From an uncultured Alphaproteobacteria bacterium (GTDB lineage Bacteria; Pseudomonadota; Alphaproteobacteria; Rickettsiales; Midichloriaceae): 64,000 nucleotides of DNA. Where the stretch lies: contig CAISOX010000053.1 of NCBI GenBank assembly GCA_903887235.1, positions 19,241 through 83,240 of the forward strand, written 5' to 3'. The notes below the pieces were generated by a model, which was not told the DNA's origin, did not search any database, and saw only the letters and a program-made list of their open reading frames with translations. Of the stretch, positions 47,452-59,260 are shown piece after piece. The number at the start of each line of letters is the position of its first letter. The first letter of the stretch is position 1. A program made the translations under genes and the position numbers.

Positions 47452-48837
47452 ATGAATTTAAATAGATTGGATATTAGTGTATTTATAATTTTGACGGTTT
47501 TGACGTTATTATACACAGTATTGTTATCAAGAAAGCATAATGAAAAAAGTGCGGTTGATTATTTACTCTTTGGTCGCAAATTGACACTTCCTTTATTTGT
47601 TACAACATTGGTTTCCACTTGGTATGGAGATATTTTTGGTGTCACGCAAATAGCATTTAAAAGGGGGATTAATACTATCGCAATATATGGAATTGGTTTT
47701 TATATTTCTGGAATTTTCTTTATGATATTTTTTGTCGAAAAGGCAAGAAAAATGAATGTTTTTACATTGCCAGAGATAATCCAAAAAAAATATGGCAAAA
47801 CTGCATATAAATTATCTTCATTAATGATTTTGATTAAAGCATTACCTGTTACGTATCTTATTGGGATAGGGTTGCTGATTCAAAGACTATTCGGTTTAGA
47901 TTTGTATTGTTCAATGATTGTGGGGCTAATTTTTGTTATTTCATATATTGGTGTTAGGGGGTTTAGCGGTATCATATACTCAGATGCAATTCAATTTGTA
48001 TTGATGTATGTATCGGTGATTATGGTTGTTGTATTTTCTTATTTTCAATATGGTGGATATGATTTTTTAGATGTTAATTTAGATGAAAGTTATTTCTCAA
48101 TAAATGCTAATGAGGCTTTTTCTGGACTTTTTTTGTGGTTTTTTATTTCGATTATAACAACATTTATGAGTCCTGTTTTTTACCAAAGGTGTTTTGCGGC
48201 AAAGGATGTGAAAATTGCAAAAAGAGGGATTGTTATTTCGGTTATATTTTGGATGATTTGTGATTTTTGCACTGTGACTGGTTCCATGTATGCTAAAGCG
48301 GTTTTGCCTAACTCAATGCCTAATGAGGCTTATTTTAATTATGCATTGAATATTTTGCCAATAGGTTTGAAGGGTGTGTTTCTTGCTGGTATAGCTGCAA
48401 CGATATTGTCTACTCTTGATTCATTTTTGTTTATTTGTAGCAACACGTTGACATATGATTTGTTTGATAAAAGATTTTCCAAAAGTAATGTGTATAAAAT
48501 GGGAAGTCTCATTGTTGTAGGTGGTATAACGTTTTTTTTAGCAGGCCATTTTGCTAATGATATTGATAAATTTTATCTTATGCTTAGGAGTTATTGTGGG
48601 GTAACTTTAGCTATACCATTGATGTGCACAATTGTATTTGGTAAATTTTTAAGTGAGAAACAATTTGTTGCGTCTATAATATTAGCGGGTTTATTTATGG
48701 CTATAAATGATCTTATTAAAACTGATTTTTATGTAGAAAGTTTCTATATAGGAGCTCTAGCAAGTTTTTTTAGCATAGCAATTTTCGTTATTATAAATAA
48801 CATAAAAAAAAAGTTTTCATTGAAAGCGCGTTGTTAA
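47452..48837 (+). CDS. Sodium:solute symporter family protein
   Basis: DYLLFGRKL, TTLVSTW, FTLPEII, SDAIQ, YQRCFAAKD and AATILSTLDS. Confidence 0.88.
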   Translation: MNLNRLDISVFIILTVLTLLYTVLLSRKHNEKSAVDYLLFGRKLTLPLFVTTLVSTWYGDIFGVTQIAFKRGINTIAIYGIGFYISGIFFMIFFVEKARKMNVFTLPEIIQKKYGKTAYKLSSLMILIKALPVTYLIGIGLLIQRLFGLDLYCSMIVGLIFVISYIGVRGFSGIIYSDAIQFVLMYVSVIMVVVFSYFQYGGYDFLDVNLDESYFSINANEAFSGLFLWFFISIITTFMSPVFYQRCFAAKDVKIAKRGIVISVIFWMICDFCTVTGSMYAKAVLPNSMPNEAYFNYALNILPIGLKGVFLAGIAATILSTLDSFLFICSNTLTYDLFDKRFSKSNVYKMGSLIVVGGITFFLAGHFANDIDKFYLMLRSYCGVTLAIPLMCTIVFGKFLSEKQFVASIILAGLFMAINDLIKTDFYVESFYIGALASFFSIAIFVIINNIKKKFSLKARC

Positions 48838-48870
48838 TTAAATGAATATTGGGTTTGGCATAAAAATCAC

Positions 48871-48899
48871 TTGACTAGATGGGAAGTTATAAATATTAT
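48871..48899 (+). promoter_or_regulatory. Sigma70 promoter of the str operon
   Basis: TTGACT-N17-TATTAT, ending 38 nt before rpsL. Confidence 0.65.
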
Positions 48900-48937
48900 C
48901 TCCTGACCACATTGTTTTAATTTTATAAATATTTGTA

Positions 48938-49312
48938 ATGCCAACGATAAGTCAATTAGTTAGAAATCCTAGGAAATCTAAGGTACCTAAGAATAAGGTT
49001 CCAGCTTTACAAGGTTGTCCTCAAAAAAGAGGTGTTTGCGCTAGGGTGTATACTACTACTCCAAGAAAGCCAAACTCAGCTATGAGGAAGGTTGCCAGAG
49101 TGAAGCTTACTAATGGATATGAAGTAACTAGTTACATACCTGGTGAAGGTCATAATCTTCAAGAGCACTCTGTGATATTGATTAGAGGCGGTAGAGTAAA
49201 AGATTTACCAGGTGTTAGGTATCACACAATTAGAGGTGCTTTAGATACTCAAGGTGTTCAAAAGAGGAAGCAATGTAGGTCTAAATATGGAACAAAAAAA
49301 CCTAAATCGTAA
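48938..49312 (+). CDS. rpsL: 30S ribosomal protein S12
   Basis: MPTISQL...[15 protein letters not shown]...[11 protein letters not shown]. Confidence 0.99.
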   Translation: MPTISQLVRNPRKSKVPKNKVPALQGCPQKRGVCARVYTTTPRKPNSAMRKVARVKLTNGYEVTSYIPGEGHNLQEHSVILIRGGRVKDLPGVRYHTIRGALDTQGVQKRKQCRSKYGTKKPKS

Positions 49313-49317
49313 ATAAT

Positions 49318-49791
49318 ATGTCAAGACGTAGAGCTGCAGAAATAAAGAGTGTTACTCCTGATGCAAATTACAAAAGCGTAGTAATTGCAAAGTTCATAAA
49401 TTATTTAATGTATGATGGTAAAAAATCAAAAGCTGAGAAAATTGTTTATGAAGCTATTGAAAATCTTTCTAATAAAGTAAAGAAGGAGCCAATTGAAGCT
49501 TTTGAAGAAATTGTGGACAATTTAAGGCCTGCGATAGAGGTGAAATCAAGAAGAGTTGGTGGTGCAACTTATCAGGTTCCTATGGAGGTTAGATCTTCCA
49601 GAGCTCTATCTTTAGCTTTGAAGTGGCTCGCAAATGCTGCAAGATCGAGAAAATCTGAAAAAACTATGGTTGATAGACTTTCTGGTGAACTTGTGGATGC
49701 CTATAATAAAAAGGGAATGGCATACAAGAAAAAAGAAGATACTCATAAAATGGCTGAGTCTAATAAGGCATTTTCTCACTATAGGTGGTAA
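49318..49791 (+). CDS. rpsG: 30S ribosomal protein S7
   Basis: MSRRRAA...[11 protein letters not shown]...[15 protein letters not shown]. Confidence 0.99.
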   Translation: MSRRRAAEIKSVTPDANYKSVVIAKFINYLMYDGKKSKAEKIVYEAIENLSNKVKKEPIEAFEEIVDNLRPAIEVKSRRVGGATYQVPMEVRSSRALSLALKWLANAARSRKSEKTMVDRLSGELVDAYNKKGMAYKKKEDTHKMAESNKAFSHYRW

Positions 49792-49793
49792 TT

Positions 49794-51887
49794 ATGAGTA
49801 ACAGAGAGACAAAAATAGAAGATTATAGAAATATTGGTATAATGGCGCATATTGACGCTGGAAAGACTACCACTACGGAAAGAATACTTTATTATACTGG
49901 TAAATCTCACAAGATAGGTGAGGTTCATGAAGGGAACGCTACCATGGATTGGATGGAGCAGGAGCAGGAGCGTGGTATAACGATAACCTCTGCTGCTACT
50001 ACTTGTTTTTGGAAAAGCAGAAGTGGCCAACAATGCAGGATTAACATAATTGATACTCCAGGTCACGTTGATTTTACAATTGAAGTAGAGAGATCGTTAA
50101 GAGTCCTTGATGGTGCTATAGCTGTTTTTGATGGAGTTGCTGGTGTTGAGCCGCAATCAGAGACGGTATGGAGGCAAGCCGATAAATATAATGTTCCAAG
50201 AATGTGTTTTGTTAATAAAATGGATAGGACTGGGGCTGATTTTTATAGATGTGTTGACATGATTGTCAACAGATTAGGTGCTAAACCTGCTGTCATGCAA
50301 CTGCCAATTGGAGCAGAAGATGAGTTTTTAGGGGTTGTGGATTTGATATCAAATCAATCTATAACATGGAAAGATGATAAATTGGGAGCAGAGTATGAAT
50401 ATGGTGAAATTCCAAATGATTTAAAGGACAAGGCCGAAGAGTACAGAGCTAGTCTAATTGAGCTTGTAGTAGAGTCTGACGATGAATTGATGGAGAAATA
50501 TCTATCAGGTAAGAGCTTAACTGCAGAGGAAATCAGAATTTGTGTTCGTAAAGGTGTTTTAAAGGGTTTGTTTATCCCAGTTTTTTGTGGCTCGGCATTT
50601 AAAAACAAAGGGGTGCAACCTTTGTTAGATGCGGTGGTTGATTATCTTCCAAGTCCTGTAGATATTCATGCTGCAAAGGGACTAAAAGTATCAAATGATG
50701 AAGAAGTTGAAGTTAGGCCTTCGGATAATAGTAAATTATGCGCGCTTGCTTTTAAGGTTATGAATGATCCATTTGTTGGTACGCTGACATTTGTTAGAAT
50801 TTATTCAGGTATGTTAAAATCTGGTGTTACCGTGCAAAATACCACCAAAGATAAAAAAGAGCGTGTTGGACGTATGTTGTTAATGCATGCAAATAACAGA
50901 GAAGATGTGAAAGAATGTTTTTCTGGAGATATAGTTGCTATTGCTGGATTGAAGGCTACAACTACTGGTGACACTCTTTGTGAGATAGGTAATGATATCA
51001 TTTTGGAAAAAATGGAATTTCCTGAGCCAGTCATAGAAGTTGCGATAGAACCGAAAACCACGCAAGATCAGGAGAAAATGTCGGTGGCAATAGCTAGATT
51101 AGTTGCTGAAGATCCTTCTTTGAGAGTAAGTAGCGATCCTGAAACAAATCAGACAAAACTTGCAGGTATGGGAGAGCTTCATTTAGAAATTATAGTTGAT
51201 AGGATGAGGAGAGAGTTTAAGGTTGATGCCAATATTGGCGCGCCTCAAGTTGCTTATAGAGAAACGATTGTTGGTTCATATGAAATTGATTATACTCATA
51301 AAAAGCAATCAGGTGGTGCTGGTCAATTTGCTAGAGTTAAAATTTTATTTGAAAAAGCTGAATCAGGTGATGGTTATCAGTTTGTTAACAAGATTATTGG
51401 TGGTAATATACCCAAGGAGTACATCCCAGCGGTTGAAAAGGGTATAGAGCAAGTTAGTAAGACAGGTGTTCTTGCGGGGTATCCGCTTATAGATTTTAAA
51501 GCTACCTTACTTGATGGAGCGTATCACGATGTTGATTCTAGTGCTTTGGCATTTGAGATTGCAGCTAAGGCTGCGTTTAGGGAAGGTATGAAAAAGGCAT
51601 CGCCGGTTTTGCTAGAGCCAATTATGGATGTTGAAGTTATTACTCCAGATGATTATATTGGAGATGTTATAGGGCATTTAAATAGTATTCGTGGACAGGT
51701 TCTAGGTATGGAGCCAAGGGGTAATGCGCAAGTTATTAGAGCTAAAGTTCCTTTAGCGACAATGTTTGGTTATGTTAATACTTTGAGATCTATGACTCAA
51801 GGTAGAGCTCAATATAGTATGCAATTTGCTAACTATGAAAGAGTTTCTCAACATATTGCAAACGAAATTATTAACCAAGAAAAATAA
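49794..51887 (+). CDS. fusA: Elongation factor G
   Basis: [18 protein letters not shown] and DTPGHVDF. Start set at ATG 49794. Confidence 0.99.
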   Translation: MSNRETKIEDYRNIGIMAHIDAGKTTTTERILYYTGKSHKIGEVHEGNATMDWMEQEQERGITITSAATTCFWKSRSGQQCRINIIDTPGHVDFTIEVERSLRVLDGAIAVFDGVAGVEPQSETVWRQADKYNVPRMCFVNKMDRTGADFYRCVDMIVNRLGAKPAVMQLPIGAEDEFLGVVDLISNQSITWKDDKLGAEYEYGEIPNDLKDKAEEYRASLIELVVESDDELMEKYLSGKSLTAEEIRICVRKGVLKGLFIPVFCGSAFKNKGVQPLLDAVVDYLPSPVDIHAAKGLKVSNDEEVEVRPSDNSKLCALAFKVMNDPFVGTLTFVRIYSGMLKSGVTVQNTTKDKKERVGRMLLMHANNREDVKECFSGDIVAIAGLKATTTGDTLCEIGNDIILEKMEFPEPVIEVAIEPKTTQDQEKMSVAIARLVAEDPSLRVSSDPETNQTKLAGMGELHLEIIVDRMRREFKVDANIGAPQVAYRETIVGSYEIDYTHKKQSGGAGQFARVKILFEKAESGDGYQFVNKIIGGNIPKEYIPAVEKGIEQVSKTGVLAGYPLIDFKATLLDGAYHDVDSSALAFEIAAKAAFREGMKKASPVLLEPIMDVEVITPDDYIGDVIGHLNSIRGQVLGMEPRGNAQVIRAKVPLATMFGYVNTLRSMTQGRAQYSMQFANYERVSQHIANEIINQEK

Positions 51888-51902
51888 AAAAGGAGAACGA
51901 AA

Positions 51903-53084
51903 ATGGCAGAAGGAAAATTTGAAAGAAACAAACCGCACGTAAACACTGGGACGATAGGGCACGTAGACCATGGGAAGACGACATTGACGGCGGCAATAAC
52001 GAAGTATTTTGGGAAGAGGGCGATAAGGTATGATGAAATAGATAAGGCGCCAGAGGAGAAGGAAAGAGGGATAACGATAAATTCAGCGCATGTAGAATAT
52101 GAGACAGAAAAGAGGCATTATGCGCACGTGGATTGTCCTGGACATGCGGATTACGTAAAAAATATGATAACAGGTGCAGCACAGATGGATGGGGCGATAT
52201 TAGTGGTGAGTGCAGTAGATGGACCGATGCCGCAAACAAGAGAGCATATATTATTAGCAAAGCAAGTGGGGATAGGAACGTTAGTAATATTCCTGAATAA
52301 GGTGGATATGGTAGAAGATGAAGAGTTATTAGAGTTAGTAGAAATGGAAGTAAGAGAATTGTTAACAAAGTATGGATTTGATGGAGATGCAGCAAGAGTG
52401 GTTAGAGGGTCTGCACTCAAAGCATTAACAGAAGAAGGAACGGAATTAGGAGAGAAGGCGATAAGAGAATTGATGAAGGTAGTGGATGAAGCGATACCAA
52501 TGCCAATAAGAGATATAGAAAAACCATTTTTAATGCCAATAGAAGATGTGTTTTCAATATCAGGGCGTGGTACAGTGGTCACAGGAAGGATAGAGCAAGG
52601 GAAAATAAAAGTAGGAGAAGAGGTAGAGATAGTGGGGATAAGGAAGGAGAGCAAGAAGACTAAGTGTACGGGTGTGGAAATGTTCAAGAAAGAGCTTGAA
52701 GAAGGAATGGCAGGAGATAATGCCGGGTTATTATTAAGAGGGATAGCGAAGGAAGAAGTGGAAAGAGGGCAAGTATTAGCGAAGCCAGGTAGTATAACAC
52801 CACATACTAAGTTTAAAGCGGAAGTGTATGTACTTAAGAAGGATGAGGGTGGAAGGCACACGCCGTTTTTCAAGAATTACAGGCCGCAGTTTTATTTTAG
52901 AACAACGGATGTAACGGGAACTGTAGAATTGAAAGAAGGAGTAGAAATGGTAATGCCAGGAGATAATACAGAGATAGTTGTCGAGTTGATATCGCCAATA
53001 GCGATGGATAAAGGTTTAAAGTTTGCAATCAGAGAAGGCGGTAAGACTGTTGGTGCTGGTGTAGTTGCTGAAGTTATTAAATAA
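51903..53084 (+). CDS. tuf: Elongation factor Tu
   Basis: [19 protein letters not shown] and NKVD. Confidence 0.99.
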   Translation: MAEGKFERNKPHVNTGTIGHVDHGKTTLTAAITKYFGKRAIRYDEIDKAPEEKERGITINSAHVEYETEKRHYAHVDCPGHADYVKNMITGAAQMDGAILVVSAVDGPMPQTREHILLAKQVGIGTLVIFLNKVDMVEDEELLELVEMEVRELLTKYGFDGDAARVVRGSALKALTEEGTELGEKAIRELMKVVDEAIPMPIRDIEKPFLMPIEDVFSISGRGTVVTGRIEQGKIKVGEEVEIVGIRKESKKTKCTGVEMFKKELEEGMAGDNAGLLLRGIAKEEVERGQVLAKPGSITPHTKFKAEVYVLKKDEGGRHTPFFKNYRPQFYFRTTDVTGTVELKEGVEMVMPGDNTEIVVELISPIAMDKGLKFAIREGGKTVGAGVVAEVIK

Positions 53085-53100
53085 TTTAGGGGTCCTTGAT

Positions 53101-53433
53101 ATGAGTTTTCAGCAATCTATAGAATTAAAGTTAAAAGCTTTTGAGCCAAGAGTTTTGGATAAGGCCGTTAGTGAAATAGTAGATACTATTTCCAGAATTG
53201 GTGCTAGATATAAAGGGCCAATACCTATGCCTAGAAAAATTAGTAGATTTACGGTTAATAGATCGCCGCATGTTGATAAAAAATCCAGAGAGCAGTTTGA
53301 AATTAGGGATCATTCAAGATTTTTAATTATTGAAGCTTCTCCCCAAACTGTAGATGCGTTAATGAAATTGGATATAGCGGCGGGTGTGGATATTCAAATT
53401 AAAATGAAGGGAGCTAAAAATGAAGGAAAGTAG
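53101..53433 (+). CDS. rpsJ: 30S ribosomal protein S10
   Basis: GPIPMP...[16 protein letters not shown]. Start set at ATG 53101. Confidence 0.98.
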   Translation: MSFQQSIELKLKAFEPRVLDKAVSEIVDTISRIGARYKGPIPMPRKISRFTVNRSPHVDKKSREQFEIRDHSRFLIIEASPQTVDALMKLDIAAGVDIQIKMKGAKNEGK

Positions 53434-54073
53434 ATGTGGTGTTATAGCTAAGAAAATAGGTATGACTCAAATTTTTAAGGATAATGGGGAGGTTATTCCC
53501 GTTACTGTGCTTCATGTAGATGAGAATGTTGTATTATCAGTAAAAAATGAGGAAAAAAATGGCTATGATAGTTTGCAGATAGCGGCATTTGATCAAAAAA
53601 TGCAAAGATTATCAAAAAGCATTAGAGGTATATTTGAAAAAGCTAAGGTAGCGCCAAAAAAGAAAATCAAGGAATTTTCTATTAATAAAAAATATGCACT
53701 GAAAGTAGGTGATGTAATAAATGTTAATCACTTCAAAAAAGGGCAATATGTTGATATTACTGGTACATCTATAGGTAAGGGTTATGCTGGTGTTATGAAA
53801 AGGCATAATTTCAAAGGATTAGAAGCTTCTCACGGTGTTTCAGTAAGTCATAGATCGGCTGGTTCAACTGGGCAATGTCAAGATCCAGGAAAGGTATTTA
53901 AGGGTAAAAAAATGGCTGGGCGATTGGGTGGTGAAAAGGTAACTAAGCAAAATATTCTTATAGTAGATATTGATAGTGAGTTAAATGTTTTACTGGTTAA
54001 AGGTGCAGTACCTGGCAACAAAAATGGATATTTGTATATAAGGGATGCTATCAAAAAAGCGTTACCATGTTAA
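53420..54073 (+). CDS. rplC: 50S ribosomal protein L3
   Basis: [20 protein letters not shown] and [11 protein letters not shown]. Confidence 0.98.
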   Translation: MKESRCGVIAKKIGMTQIFKDNGEVIPVTVLHVDENVVLSVKNEEKNGYDSLQIAAFDQKMQRLSKSIRGIFEKAKVAPKKKIKEFSINKKYALKVGDVINVNHFKKGQYVDITGTSIGKGYAGVMKRHNFKGLEASHGVSVSHRSAGSTGQCQDPGKVFKGKKMAGRLGGEKVTKQNILIVDIDSELNVLLVKGAVPGNKNGYLYIRDAIKKALPC

Positions 54074-54088
54074 TTATTAAGGTATAAT

Positions 54089-54709
54089 ATGTATTTAGAA
54101 GTATTGAGCTCTGAAAATAAAATTTTAAGAAAGATTGATGCAAATATTTTTGACATTAAAGATATTAGGTATGATTTAATTCATCAATTAGTTTTATGGC
54201 AGCAGGCAAAAAGAAGATCGCCTATAAGTCATGCTAAGGGAATTTCAGAAGTAAAAGGTTCAACAAGAAAAATTTATAAGCAAAAAGGTACTGGTAAAGC
54301 GAGGCATGGTAGTATAAGAGGTGCGCAGTTTGTGGGTGGAGGAATAATATTTGGTCCAACTAAAAATAAAGTATACGAGTATAAGGTTAATAAAAAGGTA
54401 AAGAAAATAGCATTGTTGAATGCTTTAGCATTGAAATATAGAGATAAATCTATTACTGTACACGAGCACTTAAAAGTTGAGACATATAAATTTAAAGATT
54501 TTTCAAAGATGTACGGAGATAAATTATCATCACAAAAAACGTTGTTTATAGATAGTAATTTTGACGATAATTTTGTGAAATCTATTGGAAATAATCATAA
54601 GGTTGACAGATTATGTTTAGCTGGGATAAATGTGTTAGACATAATAAAGCATGATAAAATACATTTTTCTGAAAACGCATTTAATGGTATATTAGAGAGG
54701 TTCAAGTGA
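54089..54709 (+). CDS. rplD: 50S ribosomal protein L4
   Basis: KIYKQKGTGKARHGS and GGGIIFGP. Confidence 0.97.
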   Translation: MYLEVLSSENKILRKIDANIFDIKDIRYDLIHQLVLWQQAKRRSPISHAKGISEVKGSTRKIYKQKGTGKARHGSIRGAQFVGGGIIFGPTKNKVYEYKVNKKVKKIALLNALALKYRDKSITVHEHLKVETYKFKDFSKMYGDKLSSQKTLFIDSNFDDNFVKSIGNNHKVDRLCLAGINVLDIIKHDKIHFSENAFNGILERFK

Positions 54710-54999
54710 TAAAATTAGATATGTATGATATTATTAAAATGCCTCTGTTAACAGAGAAGAGTAATAGTCTTGAATCTTTGGGGAAATATGTGTTTATTGT
54801 GAGTTCAGATAGCAATAAAATTCAAATTAAAAAAGCAATTGAGCATATTTTTAATGTAGAAGTAAAAAATGTGAATATAATTAATATCCAAGGAAAAACA
54901 AAGGTTTTTAAAGGTAAAAAAGGTAAGAGAGCTAGCTTTAAGAAAGCGATTGTAACAACAAAAGATATGAAAAAAATTGAATTTTCAAAAGGTGTTTAA
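54706..54999 (+). CDS. rplW: 50S ribosomal protein L23
   Basis: PLLTEKS, IKKAIEHIFNVEV and KKAIVT. Confidence 0.96.
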   Translation: MIKLDMYDIIKMPLLTEKSNSLESLGKYVFIVSSDSNKIQIKKAIEHIFNVEVKNVNIINIQGKTKVFKGKKGKRASFKKAIVTTKDMKKIEFSKGV

Positions 55000-55002
55000 A
55001 AA

Positions 55003-55833
55003 ATGGCATTAATAAATTATAATCCAGTTACCCCTTCACAAAGGCAGCTTGTTTTGGTTGATAAATCTGGGCTTTGGAAAGGGGCTCCTATAAAAGGGCT
55101 TGTTAAAGGTAAAAACAGTAGTGGTGGTAGGAATAATCTTGGTAGAATAACCGTTTATGGTAAATCAAGAGGCGCTAAGAAAAAATATAGAATAATTGAT
55201 TTTAAAAGAACAAAAGAGCTTTCTGCGACAGTGGAGCGATTTGAGTATGATCCGAATAGATCTGCTAATATTGCGTTAATAAAATATGATGACAATGAGT
55301 ACTCGTATATAATAGCGTTAGAAAATTTAAAAATAGGAGATAAAATTGTATCTTCTAATAGTGCTGAGATAGCAATCGGTAACTGTATGCAGTTAAAAAA
55401 CATTCCTGTTGGAATAGTAATTAGTAATATAGAATTGAAACCCAATAAAGGTGCTCAATTGGCTAGGTCAGCTGGAGCATCTGCAACAATTGTTAATAAG
55501 GATTCTGGAAAGGTATCCATTAAGCTTCGCTCAGGTGAAGTTAGAATTGTTGAAGGAGAGTGCAAAGCAACTATAGGAACAGTTTCTAATGCTGATAAGA
55601 AAAATGTGAAGCTTGGTAAAGCTGGAAGAAAAAGATGGTTGGGTTTTAGGCCTAAAGTAAGGGGTGTTGCTAAAAATCCAGTAGATCACCCGCATGGTGG
55701 TGGTGAAGGTAAAACATCGGGTGGTAGGCATCCTGTATCTGCTTGGGGTAAGCCAACAAAAGGATTTAAGACTAGAAATAATAAACGAACAGATAAGTTT
55801 ATAATAAAAAGTAGACATAAAAAAAATAAATAA
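55003..55833 (+). CDS. rplB: 50S ribosomal protein L2
   Basis: [22 protein letters not shown] and [12 protein letters not shown]. Confidence 0.99.
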   Translation: MALINYNPVTPSQRQLVLVDKSGLWKGAPIKGLVKGKNSSGGRNNLGRITVYGKSRGAKKKYRIIDFKRTKELSATVERFEYDPNRSANIALIKYDDNEYSYIIALENLKIGDKIVSSNSAEIAIGNCMQLKNIPVGIVISNIELKPNKGAQLARSAGASATIVNKDSGKVSIKLRSGEVRIVEGECKATIGTVSNADKKNVKLGKAGRKRWLGFRPKVRGVAKNPVDHPHGGGEGKTSGGRHPVSAWGKPTKGFKTRNNKRTDKFIIKSRHKKNK

Positions 55834-55847
55834 TAAGTGAATGAATT

Positions 55848-56117
55848 ATGAGTAATAGATCAGTTTGGAAAGGACCATTTGTTGAACCGAAATTGCTAAA
55901 GAAAGTAAATGATGTAGTTGTTGGTGGGAAATTTGTTGCAATCAAAACGTGGTCAAGAAAATCTACTATTTTACCAAATTTTGTTGGATTGACATTTTCT
56001 GTGCATAATGGAAAGAAATTTATTCAAGTTTTAGTTAACGAAAAAATGGTAGGTAAAAAGCTTGGAGAATTTTCTCCTACAAGAACATTTAATGGTCACG
56101 GAAATAACAGAAAATAA
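55848..56117 (+). CDS. rpsS: 30S ribosomal protein S19
   Basis: [15 protein letters not shown] and LGEFSPTR. Confidence 0.98.
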   Translation: MSNRSVWKGPFVEPKLLKKVNDVVVGGKFVAIKTWSRKSTILPNFVGLTFSVHNGKKFIQVLVNEKMVGKKLGEFSPTRTFNGHGNNRK

Positions 56118-56136
56118 TTATTATATTAGTGAATTT

Positions 56137-56472
56137 ATGCAAGTTAAAGCAACAGATAAATTGGTGAAATCAAGTGTTCAGAAGTTGAACATTATTGCAG
56201 ATCTTATAAGGAAAGAGAATGTTAATGAAGCAATATTGCAACTTGAATTTTGCAAAAGAAAAGCATCAAAGCAATTGCAAAATATCCTTAAGTCTGCAAT
56301 AGCTAATTCGCAAAATAATCATGGATTAGATATAGACAAATTATATGTAAAGGAAGTTAGGATTGGTAAATCATTAACTTTAAAGCGTTCAATGGTTAGA
56401 GCGAGAGGTAGAATAAACAGAATAGTGAAGCCATTTAGTAAAGTTACAATAATTGTAGAGGAAAGAGGTTAA
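56137..56472 (+). CDS. rplV: 50S ribosomal protein L22
   Basis: KLNIIADLIR, LKSAIAN and RARGR. Start set at ATG 56137. Confidence 0.96.
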   Translation: MQVKATDKLVKSSVQKLNIIADLIRKENVNEAILQLEFCKRKASKQLQNILKSAIANSQNNHGLDIDKLYVKEVRIGKSLTLKRSMVRARGRINRIVKPFSKVTIIVEERG

Positions 56473-56473
56473 T

Positions 56474-57157
56474 ATGGGACAAAAAGTAAATCCAAATAGC
56501 TTTAGATTAGGAATTGTATCTACATGGGATTCATCCTGGTATAGCAAAAAAGATTATGCTAAAAAATTGCATGAAGATATTAAGATTAGAGGTATGATTT
56601 TTGATAAATTGAATTATGCTGGCATAAGCAAAGTTTGTGTGGAGCGTCCAGCTAATAAAATTATGATAAATATTCATTCATCAAGGCCTGGTGTTGTAAT
56701 AGGTAAAAAGGGTGTTGATGTGGCAAAAATTAAAGAAGATATAGCGAAAATAACTTCTAATGAGATAATCATAAATATCACAGAGGTGCGAAAAGCTGAA
56801 ACAGAGCCGCTACTTGTGGCAAAAACAGTAGCAGAGCAATTAGAAAAAAGGGTCTCTTTTAGAAAAGCTGTAAAAAGGGCTATATCGAATGCTATGAAAA
56901 TGGGAGCAAAGGGAGTTAAAATAAGCGTTTCCGGACGTTTAGGTGGAGCTGAAATAGCGAGAACAGAATGGTATAAAGAAGGTAGAGTTCCACTTCATAC
57001 ACTTAGGGCGATAGTTAGTTATGATATGGCAGAGGCTCATACAATATATGGTCTGATAGGGGTAAAGGTATGGATATATAAGGGAGATATGCTTGATAAT
57101 TTAAAAAATAATACAGTAGAGAAAAATGATATTACATCCAAAGAAAACAAAATTTAG
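56474..57157 (+). CDS. rpsC: 30S ribosomal protein S3
   Basis: [21 protein letters not shown] and [10 protein letters not shown]. Confidence 0.99.
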   Translation: MGQKVNPNSFRLGIVSTWDSSWYSKKDYAKKLHEDIKIRGMIFDKLNYAGISKVCVERPANKIMINIHSSRPGVVIGKKGVDVAKIKEDIAKITSNEIIINITEVRKAETEPLLVAKTVAEQLEKRVSFRKAVKRAISNAMKMGAKGVKISVSGRLGGAEIARTEWYKEGRVPLHTLRAIVSYDMAEAHTIYGLIGVKVWIYKGDMLDNLKNNTVEKNDITSKENKI

Positions 57158-57548
57158 AAAAGCTTTTAAAGGAAGAATTCATGGAAAAGCCAAGGGTGGT
57201 TTTAAGATTGCTTTTGGTAAGTTTGCTCTTAAAGCATTAGAGCCAGAAAGGATTCAGGAAAAGCAAATTGAATCTGCCAGAAAAGCTATTAATAGACATT
57301 TAAGAAGAGCTGGTAAATTATGGATAAGGATATTTCCAGATATTCCAGTAAGTAAAAAGCCTGCTGATGTCAGGATGGGTAAGGGAAAGGGTTCCCCGGA
57401 ATTCTGGGCTTGTAGGGTTAAGCCGGGTAGAATTTTATTTGAACTTGATTCAGTGACTGAAGAACAAGCTATGGAGGCTTTTGCAAGAGCTGCTGCAAAA
57501 TTGCCAATAAAAACAAAAGTAATTAGAAACATAGAAGAGGGAGTCTAA
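57126..57548 (+). CDS. rplP: 50S ribosomal protein L16
   Basis: PKKTKFRK and [10 protein letters not shown]. Confidence 0.98.
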   Translation: MILHPKKTKFRKAFKGRIHGKAKGGFKIAFGKFALKALEPERIQEKQIESARKAINRHLRRAGKLWIRIFPDIPVSKKPADVRMGKGKGSPEFWACRVKPGRILFELDSVTEEQAMEAFARAAAKLPIKTKVIRNIEEGV

Positions 57549-57549
57549 A

Positions 57550-57747
57550 ATGAAATTTCATGAAATTAATAATTTAGATAATAATGCTTTACAAAATGAA
57601 TTACTTAAGTATAAAAAGGAGTACTTTAATTTGAGATTTCAAAAAGTTTTAGGTGAATTGAACAATACTTCTAGAATAAAGGTTGTCAAAAAGAGCATAG
57701 CGAGAATTTTTACCGTATTAAATAAAATTAAAGATAAAAATAGTTAA
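57550..57747 (+). CDS. rpmC: 50S ribosomal protein L29
   Basis: FNLRFQ and KKSIARIFT; expected position in the operon. Confidence 0.95.
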   Translation: MKFHEINNLDNNALQNELLKYKKEYFNLRFQKVLGELNNTSRIKVVKKSIARIFTVLNKIKDKNS

Positions 57748-57752
57748 TTATT

Positions 57753-57992
57753 ATGTCAAAAAAAGTATTAGAAGGTATTGTATTAAATAATAAAGCTGAT
57801 AAGACGGTAACTGTGTTAGTAGAGAGAAAAGTGTTGCATAAGAAGTATAAAAAGATTATTAAGAGGAGTAAAAAATATTTAGCTCATGATGAGGGTAATA
57901 TTTTGAATATTGGTGATAAAGTTAAAATAATAGAAAGTAAACCGATATCTAAGCTAAAAAAATGGCAAATTTTGTTAAGTGATAAGGATTGA
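57753..57992 (+). CDS. rpsQ: 30S ribosomal protein S17
   Basis: [16 protein letters not shown] and [10 protein letters not shown]. Confidence 0.97.
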   Translation: MSKKVLEGIVLNNKADKTVTVLVERKVLHKKYKKIIKRSKKYLAHDEGNILNIGDKVKIIESKPISKLKKWQILLSDKD

Positions 57993-57994
57993 TT

Positions 57995-58363
57995 ATGATA
58001 CAGATGGGTACGAAATTAAATGTGGCAGATAACACTGGAGCTAAATTAGTGCAGTGTATTAAGGTTCTTGGTGGAAGTAAAAAAATGTCCGCAAGTATTG
58101 GGGACAAGATTGTTGTGTCGATTAAAAAAGCTGCTGTATCTGACAAAGTTAAAGAGGGAGAAGTATTTCACGCAGTGGTCGTAAGAACTAGAAAGGAAAA
58201 GAGAAGGAAGGATGCTGTAGTAATTAGGTTTTTTGATAATGCGGTGGTATTGCTTGATAAGCAAGGAGAATTGATTGGTACTAGGATATTCGGAATTATC
58301 CCAAGAGAACTTAGAGAAAAAAATTATTTGAAAATAATTTCATTAGCCCCAGAGGTAACATAA
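57995..58363 (+). CDS. rplN: 50S ribosomal protein L14
   Basis: [16 protein letters not shown] and GTRIFG. Start set at ATG 57995. Confidence 0.98.
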   Translation: MIQMGTKLNVADNTGAKLVQCIKVLGGSKKMSASIGDKIVVSIKKAAVSDKVKEGEVFHAVVVRTRKEKRRKDAVVIRFFDNAVVLLDKQGELIGTRIFGIIPRELREKNYLKIISLAPEVT

Positions 58364-58364
58364 A

Positions 58365-58694
58365 ATGGCAAATAAATTTAAAAAAAGTGATAAAGTTAAG
58401 GTTATAACTGGTAAGGATAAAGGTAAAATTTCTGAAATTATCAGTTTTATACCAAAAAGTAATAAGGTTGTTATTGGTGGTGTAAATATTGTTAAAAGGC
58501 ATACTAAGCCTAATAAATTTAATCCAGAAGGTGGAATTGTGCAAAAGGAAATGCCAATCCATGTTTCAAATATTATGCATGTTGATCTAAAAACAAATTC
58601 TGCGAGTAAGATAGGGTTTAAATTTTTAGAAGATGGCAAGAAAGTTAGATATTTGAAAAAAACAGGTGAATTGATAGATAATAAAAAAGTTTAA
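58365..58694 (+). CDS. rplX: 50S ribosomal protein L24
   Basis: VITGKDKGK and EMPIHVSN. Confidence 0.97.
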   Translation: MANKFKKSDKVKVITGKDKGKISEIISFIPKSNKVVIGGVNIVKRHTKPNKFNPEGGIVQKEMPIHVSNIMHVDLKTNSASKIGFKFLEDGKKVRYLKKTGELIDNKKV

Positions 58695-58696
58695 TT

Positions 58697-59242
58697 ATGG
58701 CTAATTCAAGATTAGAAGAACATTATAGTACGGTTAGTAGAAAGGAATTAAAGGAGCATTTTAAGTTTAAAAATGACATGCAAATTCCTAGGCTAAAAAA
58801 GATATCAATCAATGTTTCTGTAAAAGATGCTGTGATAGATTCTAAGGTTATGGATAAAGTCTATGATGAAATTATGGCTATTACAGGTCAAAAGCCCGTG
58901 ATAACAAAGGCAAAAAAATCAATAGCTACGTTTAAGTTGAGAGAAGGAATGAAAATTGGTTGTAAGGTTACACTTAGAAAAACCATGATGTACGAATTTT
59001 TAGATAGATTAATAAATATAGCGCTTCCGAGAGTTAGGGATTTTAAGGGGGTAAGTTCAAAACAGTTTGATGGTAATGGTAATTTTTCATTAGGAATAAA
59101 AGAGCAGATTGTATTTCCTGAGGTTGATTATAATAAGATTGATAAAATAAGAGGAATGAACATTATTATTGTTACTTCTACAAATAGTAATGAAGAGGCA
59201 AAGTTTTTACTAAAAACATTTAATCTACCATTTTATAATTAG
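58697..59242 (+). CDS. rplE: 50S ribosomal protein L5
   Basis: ITGQKP, KVTLRK and ALPRVRDFKG. Confidence 0.98.
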   Translation: MANSRLEEHYSTVSRKELKEHFKFKNDMQIPRLKKISINVSVKDAVIDSKVMDKVYDEIMAITGQKPVITKAKKSIATFKLREGMKIGCKVTLRKTMMYEFLDRLINIALPRVRDFKGVSSKQFDGNGNFSLGIKEQIVFPEVDYNKIDKIRGMNIIIVTSTNSNEEAKFLLKTFNLPFYN

Positions 59243-59260
59243 AATAATAGGATAAATATC

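Noticed and set aside
51871-52873. Two long antisense ORFs (174 and 240 aa) opposite tuf
   Set aside because: Low-complexity Leu/Ser/Pro/Phe products explained by tuf's purine-rich codon usage, which depletes antisense stops. No start signals.
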